Of a stretch of 64,000 bases of DNA, positions 37,870 through 47,764 are shown one piece after another. A program made the position numbers and the translations under genes. The DNA is from Minisyncoccota bacterium (GTDB taxonomy: Bacteria; Patescibacteriota; Minisyncoccia; UBA9983), in the NCBI GenBank assembly GCA_041648395.1, contig JBAZPC010000003.1:12801-76800 (forward strand). Direction: 5' to 3'. The notes beneath the pieces were generated by a model. It had not been told where the DNA came from. It ran no database searches and was given only the letters and a program-made list of their open reading frames with translations. Numbering within the stretch: the first letter of the stretch is position 1; the number at the start of each line of letters is the position of its first letter.

Positions 37870-38637
37870 ATGACCCAGGATAAAGTTTATATTTATGGAA
37901 GGCATGCCGTTGCCGAGGCGCTTAAGCGCGCGCCGAAGGCGTTGAGAAAGATATTTCTCTCATCGCCCTCCAAAGGCGGGCAAGCAGGTGCTGACGCAAA
38001 CCTAAAAGAGCTTATCCGCCAATCCGGGGTTCCGACGGTGCCGCTTGCGTCGGGAAGGGAATTGCGGGACATCAGCGGTTCAGAGGCGCATCAAGGCGTT
38101 ATTGGGCTTATATCTTTGAAGGGCTTAATGCGTCAATATGATGAATTTGCCGGCGGGCTTTCGATCAGTCCTAACACGGCGCTTGTTCTTCTTGATGAAA
38201 TTCAGGACCCGCACAATGTGGGAGCGATAATCCGCTCGGCTGCCGCTTTCGGAATTTCCGGTGTCTTAATCCCCGAACACAATCAGGCGCCAATCACTAG
38301 CGCGGTGGTGAAGGTCTCCGCTGGCATGGCATTCAGTATCCCGTTGGTTTCAATCGGCAACATTAATGGCACGGTTCGCGATTTGAAGAAGCGCGGTTTT
38401 TGGGTTCTTGGTCTTGATGGAAACGCCAAGAAATCAATCGCCGATGAATCTTTTGACACCCCGACTTTATTTATTCTCGGCAACGAAGCGAAGGGCATCC
38501 GTCAGAAAACGCGCGAACTCTGCGACGCGCTTGTTTCCATTCCGATAGACCCGAAATGCGAATCGCTGAATGTGGCGGCCTCCGCCGCCGTAGCGCTTTA
38601 CGCATGGAGCGCGAAACATGATATAATTAAGCCATGA
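37870..38637 (+). CDS. rlmB: TrmH/SpoU-family rRNA 2'-O-methyltransferase (RlmB-like)
   Basis: KVYIYGRHAVAEAL, LLDEIQDPHNVGAIIRSAAAFG, LGNEAKGIR, SLNVAASAAVALY. Confidence 0.8.
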   Translation: MTQDKVYIYGRHAVAEALKRAPKALRKIFLSSPSKGGQAGADANLKELIRQSGVPTVPLASGRELRDISGSEAHQGVIGLISLKGLMRQYDEFAGGLSISPNTALVLLDEIQDPHNVGAIIRSAAAFGISGVLIPEHNQAPITSAVVKVSAGMAFSIPLVSIGNINGTVRDLKKRGFWVLGLDGNAKKSIADESFDTPTLFILGNEAKGIRQKTRELCDALVSIPIDPKCESLNVAASAAVALYAWSAKHDIIKP

Positions 38638-39005
38638 ACATAAATATAAAAGCGACAAACATGGAGCTCACGTCGGCCATCAGAGATTTTACGGAGAAAA
38701 AAATCAGCGGACTGGGAAAATTTATCGGTCGCGATGACGACGCAATCAAAGTATTTGTGGAAGTGGGGATAACCACACGCCATCATCATTCTGGAAACAT
38801 TTTCCGCGCCGAGATTCAAATTACCGCTCCGCATATAGAGAAAGGAGTAAGAACAGAGGCGGTTGATGACGATTTGTACACGGCCATTGAAAAGGCGAAA
38901 GACGAGATGAAATTAGAGCTCACGAAAATTAAAGACAGGAAAATTTCTTTGATAAGAAGGGGAGTGAGGGCGTTTAGAAAATTCATTCCGTTTTTAGGAG
39001 AGTGA
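38634..39005 (+). CDS. hpf: ribosome hibernation promoting factor / RaiA family
   Basis: MNINIKATNMELT...IEKAKDEM typical YfiA/HPF fold sequence. Confidence 0.75.
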   Translation: MNINIKATNMELTSAIRDFTEKKISGLGKFIGRDDDAIKVFVEVGITTRHHHSGNIFRAEIQITAPHIEKGVRTEAVDDDLYTAIEKAKDEMKLELTKIKDRKISLIRRGVRAFRKFIPFLGE

Positions 39006-39011
39006 ACTAAA

Positions 39012-39626
39012 ATGAAAAACTTGATAAAAGAATTAATTTCTTCCGGGTATCTCAAGACGTCGCGGCTTATTGAGGCGTTTCAAAAAATAGACAGAAAGGA
39101 CTTTGTGCCGGAAAAAATAAAAGATGAGGCCTACATGAATTCCGCTTTGCTTATCGGCCACGGCCAAACGATTTCCCAGCCGTTGACTGTCGCTTTCATG
39201 CTGGAGTTATTGCAGCCGGAAGAGGGGAATAAAATTATGGAAATCGGCTCCGGTTCGGGATGGCAGACGGCGTTGCTGGCTTCGGCGGTGGGGGATAAAG
39301 GCAAAGTGCTTGCCATAGAACTTATTCCCGAATTGTGCGCTTTTGGAAAGAAAAATGTTTTAAAATACGATTTTATTAAAAAGGGTGTCGTTAAATTTTT
39401 CTGTTTCAATGCCGCAAAAGGCCTGCCGGAAGAAGCGCCTTTTGACAGAATAATTTCCGCCGCCTCGGCGGAAGAAATTCCCAAGGCGTGGAAAGAGCAG
39501 TTAAAAATAGGCGGAAGAATGGTTTTGCCGATAAAAGACGCTGTGTATTTGCTTATCAAAAAAAGCGAAGATAAATTTGAAGAACAAGTTTTCCCTGGTT
39601 TCGCTTTCGTGCCGTTTGTAGTATAA
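39012..39626 (+). CDS. pcm: protein-L-isoaspartate O-methyltransferase
   Basis: IGHGQTISQPLTVAFMLELL, EIGSGSGWQTALLA SAM-binding motif. Confidence 0.85.
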   Translation: MKNLIKELISSGYLKTSRLIEAFQKIDRKDFVPEKIKDEAYMNSALLIGHGQTISQPLTVAFMLELLQPEEGNKIMEIGSGSGWQTALLASAVGDKGKVLAIELIPELCAFGKKNVLKYDFIKKGVVKFFCFNAAKGLPEEAPFDRIISAASAEEIPKAWKEQLKIGGRMVLPIKDAVYLLIKKSEDKFEEQVFPGFAFVPFVV

Positions 39627-39674
39627 TAAAATTATATTATCAGAATAATATTATTAATAATTTAGTATAAATAT

Positions 39675-39929
39675 ATGCAAGACAACAAAAAAGTGATTTT
39701 GATAGCCGTGGTCGCAATAATTTTAGGGCTGGCGGGCGGATATTACGCCGGCAATTTGCAAGGCAATAAAGCGGGAATTGCTTCCGGCCGCCAGCAGGTT
39801 CTAGACGAGCAAAAGAAGGTGCAGGAGGAGGCGCTGAAAGCGGCGCAGAAAGCCGCCAATCCGTTTTCCGACGTGACGGAAAAAGCGAATCCGTTCAAAG
39901 ACGTTTATACGAATCCTTTCGCGCAATAA
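39675..39929 (+). CDS. hypothetical small membrane-anchored protein
   Basis: Single N-terminal TM, coiled-coil remainder. Confidence 0.4.
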   Translation: MQDNKKVILIAVVAIILGLAGGYYAGNLQGNKAGIASGRQQVLDEQKKVQEEALKAAQKAANPFSDVTEKANPFKDVYTNPFAQ

Positions 39930-39933
39930 AAAT

Positions 39934-41550
39934 ATGGCAAGCAAAAAATTTGCAAGCAAAAAAATATTTTTGAATGTTGCCGCTATAATTTTTTCTTTGG
40001 GAATCATCAGTGTCGCCAATGCGGTGAACCCTTTTGATATTTCCTATCCCGTGGCGGAACTGGGAAATTGTGGTTCACAGGAAGAGTGTAAGTCGTTTTG
40101 TGACAATCCCGACAATCAGGTCGCGTGCGTTGAATGGGCGCAAGGCAAGGGCTTTGTGACGGAGGGAGAAGTTAAGCGGGTCAAGGACATGAGGAGATTT
40201 GATGATGGAGCAGCGCCGATAGAGGACTTCGGCCCTAATGGGTGCAAAACCCCGCAGGAATGTGACGCGTTCTGTAAGGTTTTAGAAAACTTAAACGAGT
40301 GTTTGAGTTATAGTGTTTCTCATGGGTATATGCCTCAAGAAGAGGCGGACAAGATATTGGCAAAAGTAAACAAAGGAGGCCCCGGCGGATGCAAGGGTCC
40401 GCAGGAATGCGATACATTTTGCCGCAATCCGGAAAATATTGAGACATGTATGAACTTTGCCGTTGAGGATGGGAAAATCAGCAAAGAAGAAGCGGACTTT
40501 ATAATAACCCAGACGAAAGAATTCGGCGCCGGACATGGAAGAAAAGGGGGGGCAGGAAAATCAGGCCAACAACGCGGACCGGCGGAACCGAAAATTGACG
40601 AGCAAAAAGCGCTAAAGGTCTTAGAAGAAAAAGGCGGAGGACCGGGCGGGTGCAAATCAATGGAGGAATGCGGAAATTATTGCGGCACTCCGGAACACGG
40701 AGAAGAGTGCATGAACTTTGCCGTTGAGAACGGATTCATGCCTCCGGAGGAAATGGAAAAAGCAAAAAAAATGATGACGATGGCAGGTCCCGGCGGATGC
40801 AAAGGTCCGCAGGAATGCGACGCATATTGCAGCCAGGAAGGCCATGGCGAAGAGTGTATGAATTTTTCTCTGCAAAACGGATTAGTATCGCCTGAAGAAG
40901 GGGAGAAAATGAAGAGAGAAATGGAAATTGTCAAAAAGCTTCAAGGGGGAGGAATGTCCGGCCCGGGCGGGTGCAAGGGTCCGCAGGAATGCCAGGCTTA
41001 TTGTTCGGACCAATCTCACATGGAGGAGTGCATGAGTTTTGCCACTCAAAACGGAATGATGAACAGAGGCGATGCTAATATGAGAATGCAACAAGTGCAA
41101 GACGCGCAATCAATGATACAAATGGGAGAACAAAGCAGACAAAGATTCATGATGCCTCCTCAAGGGGGCCTGCCCGATGGCAAGGCGGGCGAAATGGGTC
41201 CGCCTCCCGAAGGATTTCGGGGATTTATGTCGCCACCGCCTGGCAGTATGCAACCACCGCCACAAGGAGGAATGCTGCCTCCGGAAGGATACCAAATGCC
41301 GCCTCAGGGAATAATGCCACCAACGACAGGAGGAGGTTTTGTTCCGCCTGGGGGATTTATACCGCCGCCATATGGCAGTATGCAGCCGCCACCGGGAATG
41401 ATGCAGCCAGCGAATATGATGCCACCGGAAGGAATGATACAGCCACCGCCGACAAATATGATACCTCCTCCGCCATCAGAACTGATGCCGTCTACTAATT
41501 TACCTGGGCTTATTCTTAAGCCGTTTCTGGATATTTTTAGGGCTTGGTAG
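39934..41550 (+). CDS. secreted/anchored cysteine-rich repeat protein with Pro/Gln/Met-rich low-complexity tail
   Basis: Signal/TM at the N-terminus. About 7 repeats of ~45 aa: GPGGCKGPQECD(A/T)(F/Y)C...E(E/T)CMNFA..NG. C-terminal PPxG/MxPP tract. Confidence 0.55.
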   Translation: MASKKFASKKIFLNVAAIIFSLGIISVANAVNPFDISYPVAELGNCGSQEECKSFCDNPDNQVACVEWAQGKGFVTEGEVKRVKDMRRFDDGAAPIEDFGPNGCKTPQECDAFCKVLENLNECLSYSVSHGYMPQEEADKILAKVNKGGPGGCKGPQECDTFCRNPENIETCMNFAVEDGKISKEEADFIITQTKEFGAGHGRKGGAGKSGQQRGPAEPKIDEQKALKVLEEKGGGPGGCKSMEECGNYCGTPEHGEECMNFAVENGFMPPEEMEKAKKMMTMAGPGGCKGPQECDAYCSQEGHGEECMNFSLQNGLVSPEEGEKMKREMEIVKKLQGGGMSGPGGCKGPQECQAYCSDQSHMEECMSFATQNGMMNRGDANMRMQQVQDAQSMIQMGEQSRQRFMMPPQGGLPDGKAGEMGPPPEGFRGFMSPPPGSMQPPPQGGMLPPEGYQMPPQGIMPPTTGGGFVPPGGFIPPPYGSMQPPPGMMQPANMMPPEGMIQPPPTNMIPPPPSELMPSTNLPGLILKPFLDIFRAW

Positions 41551-42442
41551 ATCTATTACCCCTCAAAAAATCTTCATAAAGCATTTCGTTTTTGCCTTCC
41601 GGTTTGACGCGTTTGATGGCGAGTTTACCGTCTTCTATTTCTACTTCGGTTATTATGATTCTTTTGCCGTGCCCGCCATCGCTACGCTCAGGCGTTGCGG
41701 GCGGGTTGTTTAGAAAAAAATAAGTCCCAGGCCATGGAGTTAGAGCGCGGACTTTGCGCGCGATGTTTTCCGCCGGCTCGTTCAAATTTATTAAGCTGTC
41801 TTCTTTTGTTATTTTTTTGGTGAAAGTCGCTTGGCTATGATCTTGCTCTTGCGTCTTTATTTTTCCTTCAATCCAATCGGGAATAACTTTCACAAGCAGC
41901 TCACCACCTAACTCCGCCAGTTTTTCTTCCAACTCTTTGTGATATAACTTGGAACTTAGAGCTTGGAGCTTGGAGCTTGCGACAATGTCGCCGTGGTCAA
42001 CTTCCTCGTCTATTTTTATTATCGTCACCCCCGTTTCTTCTTCATCGCTCAAAATAAATGACTGGATAGGCGAGGGACCGCGGAATTTCGGCAGAAGAGA
42101 AGGATGGACATTAAGCGCGCCGTATTTCGGAATGTTTAAAATTTCAAGAGGAATAATTTTGCCGTAATCGGCGACAATGAATAGGTCTGGCTTGAATCTT
42201 GAAACTTGAATCATGAAACTCGAATCTAGTTTATCTGGCTGGTCTAATTTTATGTTCCATGTTTTATGTTCCATGTTCCATAACTTTACCGGTGACGGCT
42301 GGAGTTCCATTTTTCTGCCTTTTGGCTTGTCGGGCGTGGTGACAACCAATTCCGGTACAAAGCCGTTCTGGCATAAAACTTCCAAAACCTTCGCGGCAAA
42401 ATCCCCGGTGCCAAAAAAAACGAATTTAACGCCGTTTTTCAT
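41537..42442 (-). CDS. fmt: methionyl-tRNA formyltransferase
   Basis: VKFVFFGTGDFAAKVLEVL. Formyltransferase core HPSLLPKFRG. Carries a GC-rich in-frame element and heptamer repeat tracts. Confidence 0.8.
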   Translation of the reverse strand: MKNGVKFVFFGTGDFAAKVLEVLCQNGFVPELVVTTPDKPKGRKMELQPSPVKLWNMEHKTWNIKLDQPDKLDSSFMIQVSRFKPDLFIVADYGKIIPLEILNIPKYGALNVHPSLLPKFRGPSPIQSFILSDEEETGVTIIKIDEEVDHGDIVASSKLQALSSKLYHKELEEKLAELGGELLVKVIPDWIEGKIKTQEQDHSQATFTKKITKEDSLINLNEPAENIARKVRALTPWPGTYFFLNNPPATPERSDGGHGKRIIITEVEIEDGKLAIKRVKPEGKNEMLYEDFLRGNRSTKP

Positions 42443-42546
42443 ATTTTTAGTATTATAAAATTTTATCAGCTTTCTTTCCTAGTGGCAAATTTTAGCAAAA
42501 AAATAAAAGAGGCTAGGTAGTCCAAGCCTCTTTTACAGACCTCCTT

Positions 42547-42909
42547 TTAATTTAATGATAAGAAAGTTTTTATGGGCCCGTAATCTCCTATATGCCCACT
42601 ATAGCCCTTATTGTCTCTAATTGTATCTAAACCGTTTCTGCTATCAACCTTTTGCCAATCGTTGTTTTCATAAAATTCTCTTGGAAGTTTCATTTTTGGT
42701 GCTTCTAACCAGGCAGTATATACATTTAGAGACTCGTGATAAGACACCTCAATAATCTCAAGTTCTTCTACCATGCACTCCAAATTCATCTTCATTCCCG
42801 CATAGACAATTGGCAGTTCTATTAATTTTCTACACAATGAATAATCGTTTTTTCTATCATCTTTTTCATTATCTGGACGAAAAATTACAATAACCCTCAT
42901 TTTATTCAC
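42547..42909 (-). CDS. hypothetical protein (120 aa)
   Basis: Strong RBS GGAGGTG. No motif. Confidence 0.4.
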   Translation of the reverse strand: MNKMRVIVIFRPDNEKDDRKNDYSLCRKLIELPIVYAGMKMNLECMVEELEIIEVSYHESLNVYTAWLEAPKMKLPREFYENNDWQKVDSRNGLDTIRDNKGYSGHIGDYGPIKTFLSLN

Positions 42910-43075
42910 CTCCCCCTCATCATTTATTTTTAAGATGCGAAAATCGCACTTTACTTTCTATAAAATAGTGTAGCAAATTACGCAACAAAAGTCAATATCA
43001 AGCAATATTATAATTGGACAAAATTCTGCTATCGCCGAAAAGTGTCCAAGTGCCAAAAAATAAATACTTTCTACT

Positions 43076-43624
43076 TTATACTTTATACTTCTCTAGAATT
43101 TCCGCTTTGTCTGTAAATATAATTCCATTTAGGTGGTCTGTTTCGTGCTGGATTATTTGCGCCAAGAGACCGGAGGCGCCACGGGTGAATTTTTTGCCGT
43201 TTTCATCATATGCTTCCACGGACAATTTATCCGCGCGTTTTACCGTGCCAAACATTCCCTCCACACTCAAACATCCTTCGCCGACAACCTGTTTCTTTTT
43301 TGATATTTTTTTAATAACGGGATTTATAAAAACCCACGGGTCGGTTTTCTCTTTCTTTTTTTGTCTCTGACGTCCGACATCGGGGCTATCAGGACTCGAT
43401 GTCGGACGTCGAGGGATGAGGGCGTTCTTATCTATAATAAAAAGGCGGACAGATTCGCCGATTTGCGGCGCCGCCAAGGCCACGCCGTTTTCCGCGAGAG
43501 ACAAAACGTCGGACATCTTCTTAATCAAGTCCTTTATTTTTTTCTCTTTAATATCCTTCACCGGCACTTCCTTCGCAATTTGCCGAAGAACCTTATTTCC
43601 TTTTTGTACGATTTTTGCAATCAT
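43076..43624 (-). CDS. def: peptide deformylase with a 14-codon palindromic insertion
   Basis: GVALAAPQIG, EGCLSVEG, HETDHLNG motifs. Insert RRPTSSPDSPDVGRQ is encoded by a 42-nt foldback. Confidence 0.85.
   Translation of the reverse strand: MIAKIVQKGNKVLRQIAKEVPVKDIKEKKIKDLIKKMSDVLSLAENGVALAAPQIGESVRLFIIDKNALIPRRPTSSPDSPDVGRQRQKKKEKTDPWVFINPVIKKISKKKQVVGEGCLSVEGMFGTVKRADKLSVEAYDENGKKFTRGASGLLAQIIQHETDHLNGIIFTDKAEILEKYKV
43369..43410. repeat. 42-nt foldback inside def: 14-bp perfect inverted repeat GACGTCCGACATCG / CGATGTCGGACGTC with a 14-nt loop
   Basis: A related 19-bp palindrome CCCGACGTC-C-GACGTCGGG lies at 257-276 inside smc. Confidence 0.8.
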
Positions 43625-43634
43625 GTTTTGTAAA

Positions 43635-45494
43635 TTATAGCAAACTTTCGGGGTCTATGTTTATTTTCCACGCCGGAGACAAGGAAGAAAGAATTTCCCG
43701 CAGTTCTTTTTGCCCGGCGGGCCAGGTGCCCTGCTCCACTTTCAATAAAATATTCCAGATGTATTTATTTTTTATTTTTGGCGTAAAAGAGGAATAACTT
43801 ATCGGCTTCCATTTGGCAAGCCGTTTTTCCAATTCATCTATGTCTTTTTTAAGCTTGGGCTTATTTTTATTTTCTCCCGTAATTTTAATGAGCAAGGAGA
43901 ACGGCGGGTAATCGGATTCCTTTCTAGACTCTATTTCCGCTCTGTAAAACCCCGAAACATTTCCCTTTATTGCCTCTTCAAACACTTTTTGCTCCGGCAT
44001 TTTTGTTTGTATGTAAAATTTTTTCTTTGCCAGCAATTTCAGTTTTATGAGAAGCTGAAAAATTTTTTCATTTATTTTGAAATCAGGCAAGGTGAAAAGG
44101 GGATCAATGGAGGCGACGGCAACAACATCAACCAGCTTGTCCGCCAGCTGGCGGAGATAAGAAAACATTATTTCCGTTCCTATTAAAATTGCCCCGGGTG
44201 TTGCCAAAAAACTATCCGCTATTTCTCTACCTTGTTTTTCCGTTTTTATGGCGTCGCTGTCCATTATAAATATCTTTGCTTGCGGGAATGATTTCTTTAT
44301 TTCCTCGGCTGTTTTTCTTATACCTGCGCCATATTCTTCAAGTTTCCAGCTTTGGCAGGAAGGACATTTTTCAGGTGTAATAGTTTCTTTCAGGCATTTA
44401 TGGCAAAGCCACACTCCGCCAGCTGGCGGATTTCCTTCTTTTTTATGAAGGACAAGCGGCGATTCGCATTTTTCGCATAAAACAGGACGGGAACAGTCTT
44501 TGCACACCGTGATGGGCGAATACCCCCGCCGGTTGGAGAATAAAATTATTTTTTCTTTTTTTTCTACGGCCTCGCCGATTTTCTTTTTCAATTCGTCTTC
44601 GCCGATTACCGCCTGCTCAATTTCCGAAAAAATTCTCCGACCGGCCGTGAAGTTATTTCTATGGCAAGTTTCCGCTCTCAAAACGACATCTCCGAAAATA
44701 AGGCGAACCCCTCTTTTTTGAGCGATGAATTCCGCCACTTTTCTCACGTCAATGTACGGTCTAGTTTGAAGCTTGTAAAAAGGCGAGCTTTCTTTGTCTA
44801 TTATCAAAGTACCGATGTCTTCTCTAGGTAAAGAAAGAAACGACCTAGTGGTGGCTATAAGAAGCGGATGTTCTTCTTTTAAGGCGAAAGACCATAACTC
44901 TTTTATTTTTTTCTTTTTTAATCCGAAGTGCATTACTATGGCGTACCTTTCTATACCCTTTTGCAGTTCAGGAAAAATATTTTCCATATCGGCCGCCGTC
45001 GGCAGGCAGAGAAAAATGGAACGATTCCTAGCAAATTCTTCACGGGTGATTCTTTTGTAATATTGGATTCTTTCTTCTCTGTCTCCCTGAAAAAGAACGG
45101 TCTCGTGATATTTATTCGCGCCGGCGTCTGATTCCGTTTGGCTAGAATTTGACGCCGCCGGGTCTTCCAAAATTATTTGAGGCACAAGATCTTTAATGAC
45201 TGACCCGACCGGCGCTAGAAAATAATTTGATATCCCCTTGCACGCTTCCATAAATTTCGGCAAAAGAAATTTTTCTGCCTTTACCGTTTTTATTGATTTG
45301 AGAGAAAAATCCGCCCGGCGCAAATCCGTTTTCGCCGTTCTCAATTCCTGCGAGGAGACGACTATGGCCGGAATTATTTTTTTGCGCACCGGCACTGTGA
45401 CCAAAGCGCCCGCTTCAATGTTTTTTGAAGTGAAATAAGAGAGGTTTTCCCTAAAAACTCCTTTAGTAATCGGCACGACACTTAGAATCCTCAT
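43635..45494 (-). CDS. priA: primosomal protein N' (PriA helicase)
   Basis: Helicase motifs (GVTGSGKT-like, DEEH), Cys4-Cys4 zinc-binding region CKDCSRP...CEKC...CHKC...CPSC. PPAGG palindrome between the Cys pairs. Confidence 0.85.
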   Translation of the reverse strand: MRILSVVPITKGVFRENLSYFTSKNIEAGALVTVPVRKKIIPAIVVSSQELRTAKTDLRRADFSLKSIKTVKAEKFLLPKFMEACKGISNYFLAPVGSVIKDLVPQIILEDPAASNSSQTESDAGANKYHETVLFQGDREERIQYYKRITREEFARNRSIFLCLPTAADMENIFPELQKGIERYAIVMHFGLKKKKIKELWSFALKEEHPLLIATTRSFLSLPREDIGTLIIDKESSPFYKLQTRPYIDVRKVAEFIAQKRGVRLIFGDVVLRAETCHRNNFTAGRRIFSEIEQAVIGEDELKKKIGEAVEKKEKIILFSNRRGYSPITVCKDCSRPVLCEKCESPLVLHKKEGNPPAGGVWLCHKCLKETITPEKCPSCQSWKLEEYGAGIRKTAEEIKKSFPQAKIFIMDSDAIKTEKQGREIADSFLATPGAILIGTEIMFSYLRQLADKLVDVVAVASIDPLFTLPDFKINEKIFQLLIKLKLLAKKKFYIQTKMPEQKVFEEAIKGNVSGFYRAEIESRKESDYPPFSLLIKITGENKNKPKLKKDIDELEKRLAKWKPISYSSFTPKIKNKYIWNILLKVEQGTWPAGQKELREILSSLSPAWKINIDPESLL

Positions 45495-45495
45495 T

Positions 45496-46329
45496 TTACG
45501 GAAGTTGTATCTTTATTAATGCGTCCTCGTCCAGAATGTAAATAGAAGAGCTGTTTTTGTAAGTAATGAATATCGGGTCTTTTCCTTTATAAATCGGCTG
45601 TTTGGATTGCCCGCCCCTCTTGTCTATTTCCATGGCGAAGATGCCGTTTTGATAGGCGACGATGATGGCGTCTTTTCTTCCCGGATAGAAGTCCGCGTTT
45701 TTTATCTGACTTGGTGATTTAAATACAAGATTTTTACTTGTCTCCAGATAATAAGGCCGGGAATTTTCATCTCCGTTCCACTCAACCCAGATTCCGTTTT
45801 CTTTCCGGTTCCACCACAACTTTTGGCGGTCTCGGCTCACCAACCTTTCAATGGTCGTCGTTGATGTTGAAGAAATTTTCTTCGTTCCTTTTATTATGTT
45901 GTAGATATCGTCGTATTCGGTTTTTTGGAGAGGAGAAAAATTTTCGCGTTTTACAATTTCTCCGTCAATTTCTTTCGGCAGAAGCAATGCGCGAGCCTCG
46001 GCCACCATCTGGCTTTTGACTTCCATTTTTTTTGACCACGGCCAATATCCGTCTTTGGCTATCAAAATTGAATAAGTGTTCGGGCGCAGGCCGGAAAGAT
46101 AGAGGCCGCTCTGAATGATATTCGTTTCTTTTTCCAGCTTGTCGTTGACGAAAATTTGCGCGCCGGAAACAGGCGAGGCGACATAAAGCCCGCCGGTTTT
46201 TTTAAGCGTCCAGTTTGAGCCAAGCCGGTAGCCGTTGGAATAAAGAAGAACAACCGGTGCCGCGGCTAAAAAGACCAAAACGCAGATTATCAAAGCCATT
46301 CTCCTTTTCCCGATAGTAAGTCCTCCCAT
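45496..46329 (-). CDS. PEGA-domain membrane-anchored protein
   Basis: N-terminal TM. PEGA-like segment SGAQIFVNDK...YSILIAKDGYWPW. Confidence 0.5.
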   Translation of the reverse strand: MGGLTIGKRRMALIICVLVFLAAAPVVLLYSNGYRLGSNWTLKKTGGLYVASPVSGAQIFVNDKLEKETNIIQSGLYLSGLRPNTYSILIAKDGYWPWSKKMEVKSQMVAEARALLLPKEIDGEIVKRENFSPLQKTEYDDIYNIIKGTKKISSTSTTTIERLVSRDRQKLWWNRKENGIWVEWNGDENSRPYYLETSKNLVFKSPSQIKNADFYPGRKDAIIVAYQNGIFAMEIDKRGGQSKQPIYKGKDPIFITYKNSSSIYILDEDALIKIQLP

Positions 46330-46377
46330 AATCCCTTAATTTTTGCAAAAAAACGGAAAAAAGTAAATAATAGCATT

Positions 46378-47700
46378 ATGCATAGTTATATTGTTGACGG
46401 CGGAAGGAGGTTGAAGGGGAGCGTGACGATTAACGCTTCCAAGAATTCGGCAACGGCGATTTTAATCGCCTCGCTTTTGAATGAAGGAAAAACGACCATC
46501 AAAAATCTTCCAAAGATAGAAGAGGTCTTTAGAATCATAGAAGTGCTGGAAAGCATCGGCGTAAAAACGGAATGGAAGGGCAGGGCGCTTGAAATCATTC
46601 CACCTAAAAATTTTTCTATAAATAAAATAAACGTGGAGGCGGCGCAGAAGACGCGGAGCGTCGTGCTTCTGATCGGCGCCTTGGCGCGCAAGCTGAAAAA
46701 ATTTTCCTTGCCCGACTCCGGCGGCTGCAAACTTGGCCGGCGCACCATAATGCCGCACATTTACGCTTTGGAGGACTTCGGTATAAAAATAAGCTCATCC
46801 TGCGACAAGCTGGACATAGACGCTTCAAAAATAAAACCGGCGAAAGAAATAATAATGTACGAATCAGGCGACACGGCCACGGAAAACGCCATCATGATTG
46901 CCTCCATAATTCCACAAAAGACGATTATTAAATTCGCTTCCGCGAATTACCAAGTGCAGGATTTGTGCTACTTTTTGAAAAAATTAGGAGTGAAGATAAA
47001 GGGGATTGGCGCGACTACATTGGAAATTATTGGCAGAAAAAAATTAAATCAAGACATTGAATATTATCTTACGGAAGATCCGGTGGAATCAATGCTTTTT
47101 ATTTCCGCGGCAATAGTGACAAAATCATCCATTATTCTTAAAAGATGTCCCATGGAGTTTTTGGAGCTGGAGCTTTTCAAGTTGAAAAAGATGGGATTTA
47201 AGTTTAAAATAACAAAGGAATACAAAGCGAGAAACGGCTTCAACCGGCTGGCGGACATAAAAACTTTTCCTTCCAAACTTGTCGCGCCGGTGGAAAAAAT
47301 TTACGGCCGTCCTTTTCCCGGAGTGAACATAGACAATCTGCCGTTCTTTGTACCCATTGCCACCCAGGCGAAAGGCGAGACGCTCATTCACGATTGGGTT
47401 TACGAAAATCGCGCGATTTATTACGCAGAACTGAATCGCTTGGGCGCGAACATAAGATTGGCTGACCCGCACCGCGTTTTCATAGAGGGGCCGACAAAAC
47501 TAAGAGCAGCGGAAATTACGTGTCCATTCGCTCTTCGTCCATCGGCGATAATTCTAGTGGCGATGCTCGCAGCCAAAGGAAGGTCAATACTAAAAAATAC
47601 TTATACTATTGAGAGAGGATATGAAGATTTGTGCGGAAGATTTAGAAAATTAGGAGCGATGGTTGAAAAAAAGAAAGCGAATATTGAATTTTTGGAGTAA
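46378..47700 (+). CDS. murA: UDP-N-acetylglucosamine 1-carboxyvinyltransferase
   Basis: EPSP-synthase fold. MHSYIVDGGRRLKGSVTINASKNSATAILIASLL. Catalytic Cys region KLGRRTI (Cys to Asp-type variant context). Confidence 0.85.
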   Translation: MHSYIVDGGRRLKGSVTINASKNSATAILIASLLNEGKTTIKNLPKIEEVFRIIEVLESIGVKTEWKGRALEIIPPKNFSINKINVEAAQKTRSVVLLIGALARKLKKFSLPDSGGCKLGRRTIMPHIYALEDFGIKISSSCDKLDIDASKIKPAKEIIMYESGDTATENAIMIASIIPQKTIIKFASANYQVQDLCYFLKKLGVKIKGIGATTLEIIGRKKLNQDIEYYLTEDPVESMLFISAAIVTKSSIILKRCPMEFLELELFKLKKMGFKFKITKEYKARNGFNRLADIKTFPSKLVAPVEKIYGRPFPGVNIDNLPFFVPIATQAKGETLIHDWVYENRAIYYAELNRLGANIRLADPHRVFIEGPTKLRAAEITCPFALRPSAIILVAMLAAKGRSILKNTYTIERGYEDLCGRFRKLGAMVEKKKANIEFLE

Positions 47701-47764
47701 AAATGTTAAGGTGAAGATGGAAAGTAAGATTGAAAATTGAAAATTAAATAAGGAGGATTTAGAG

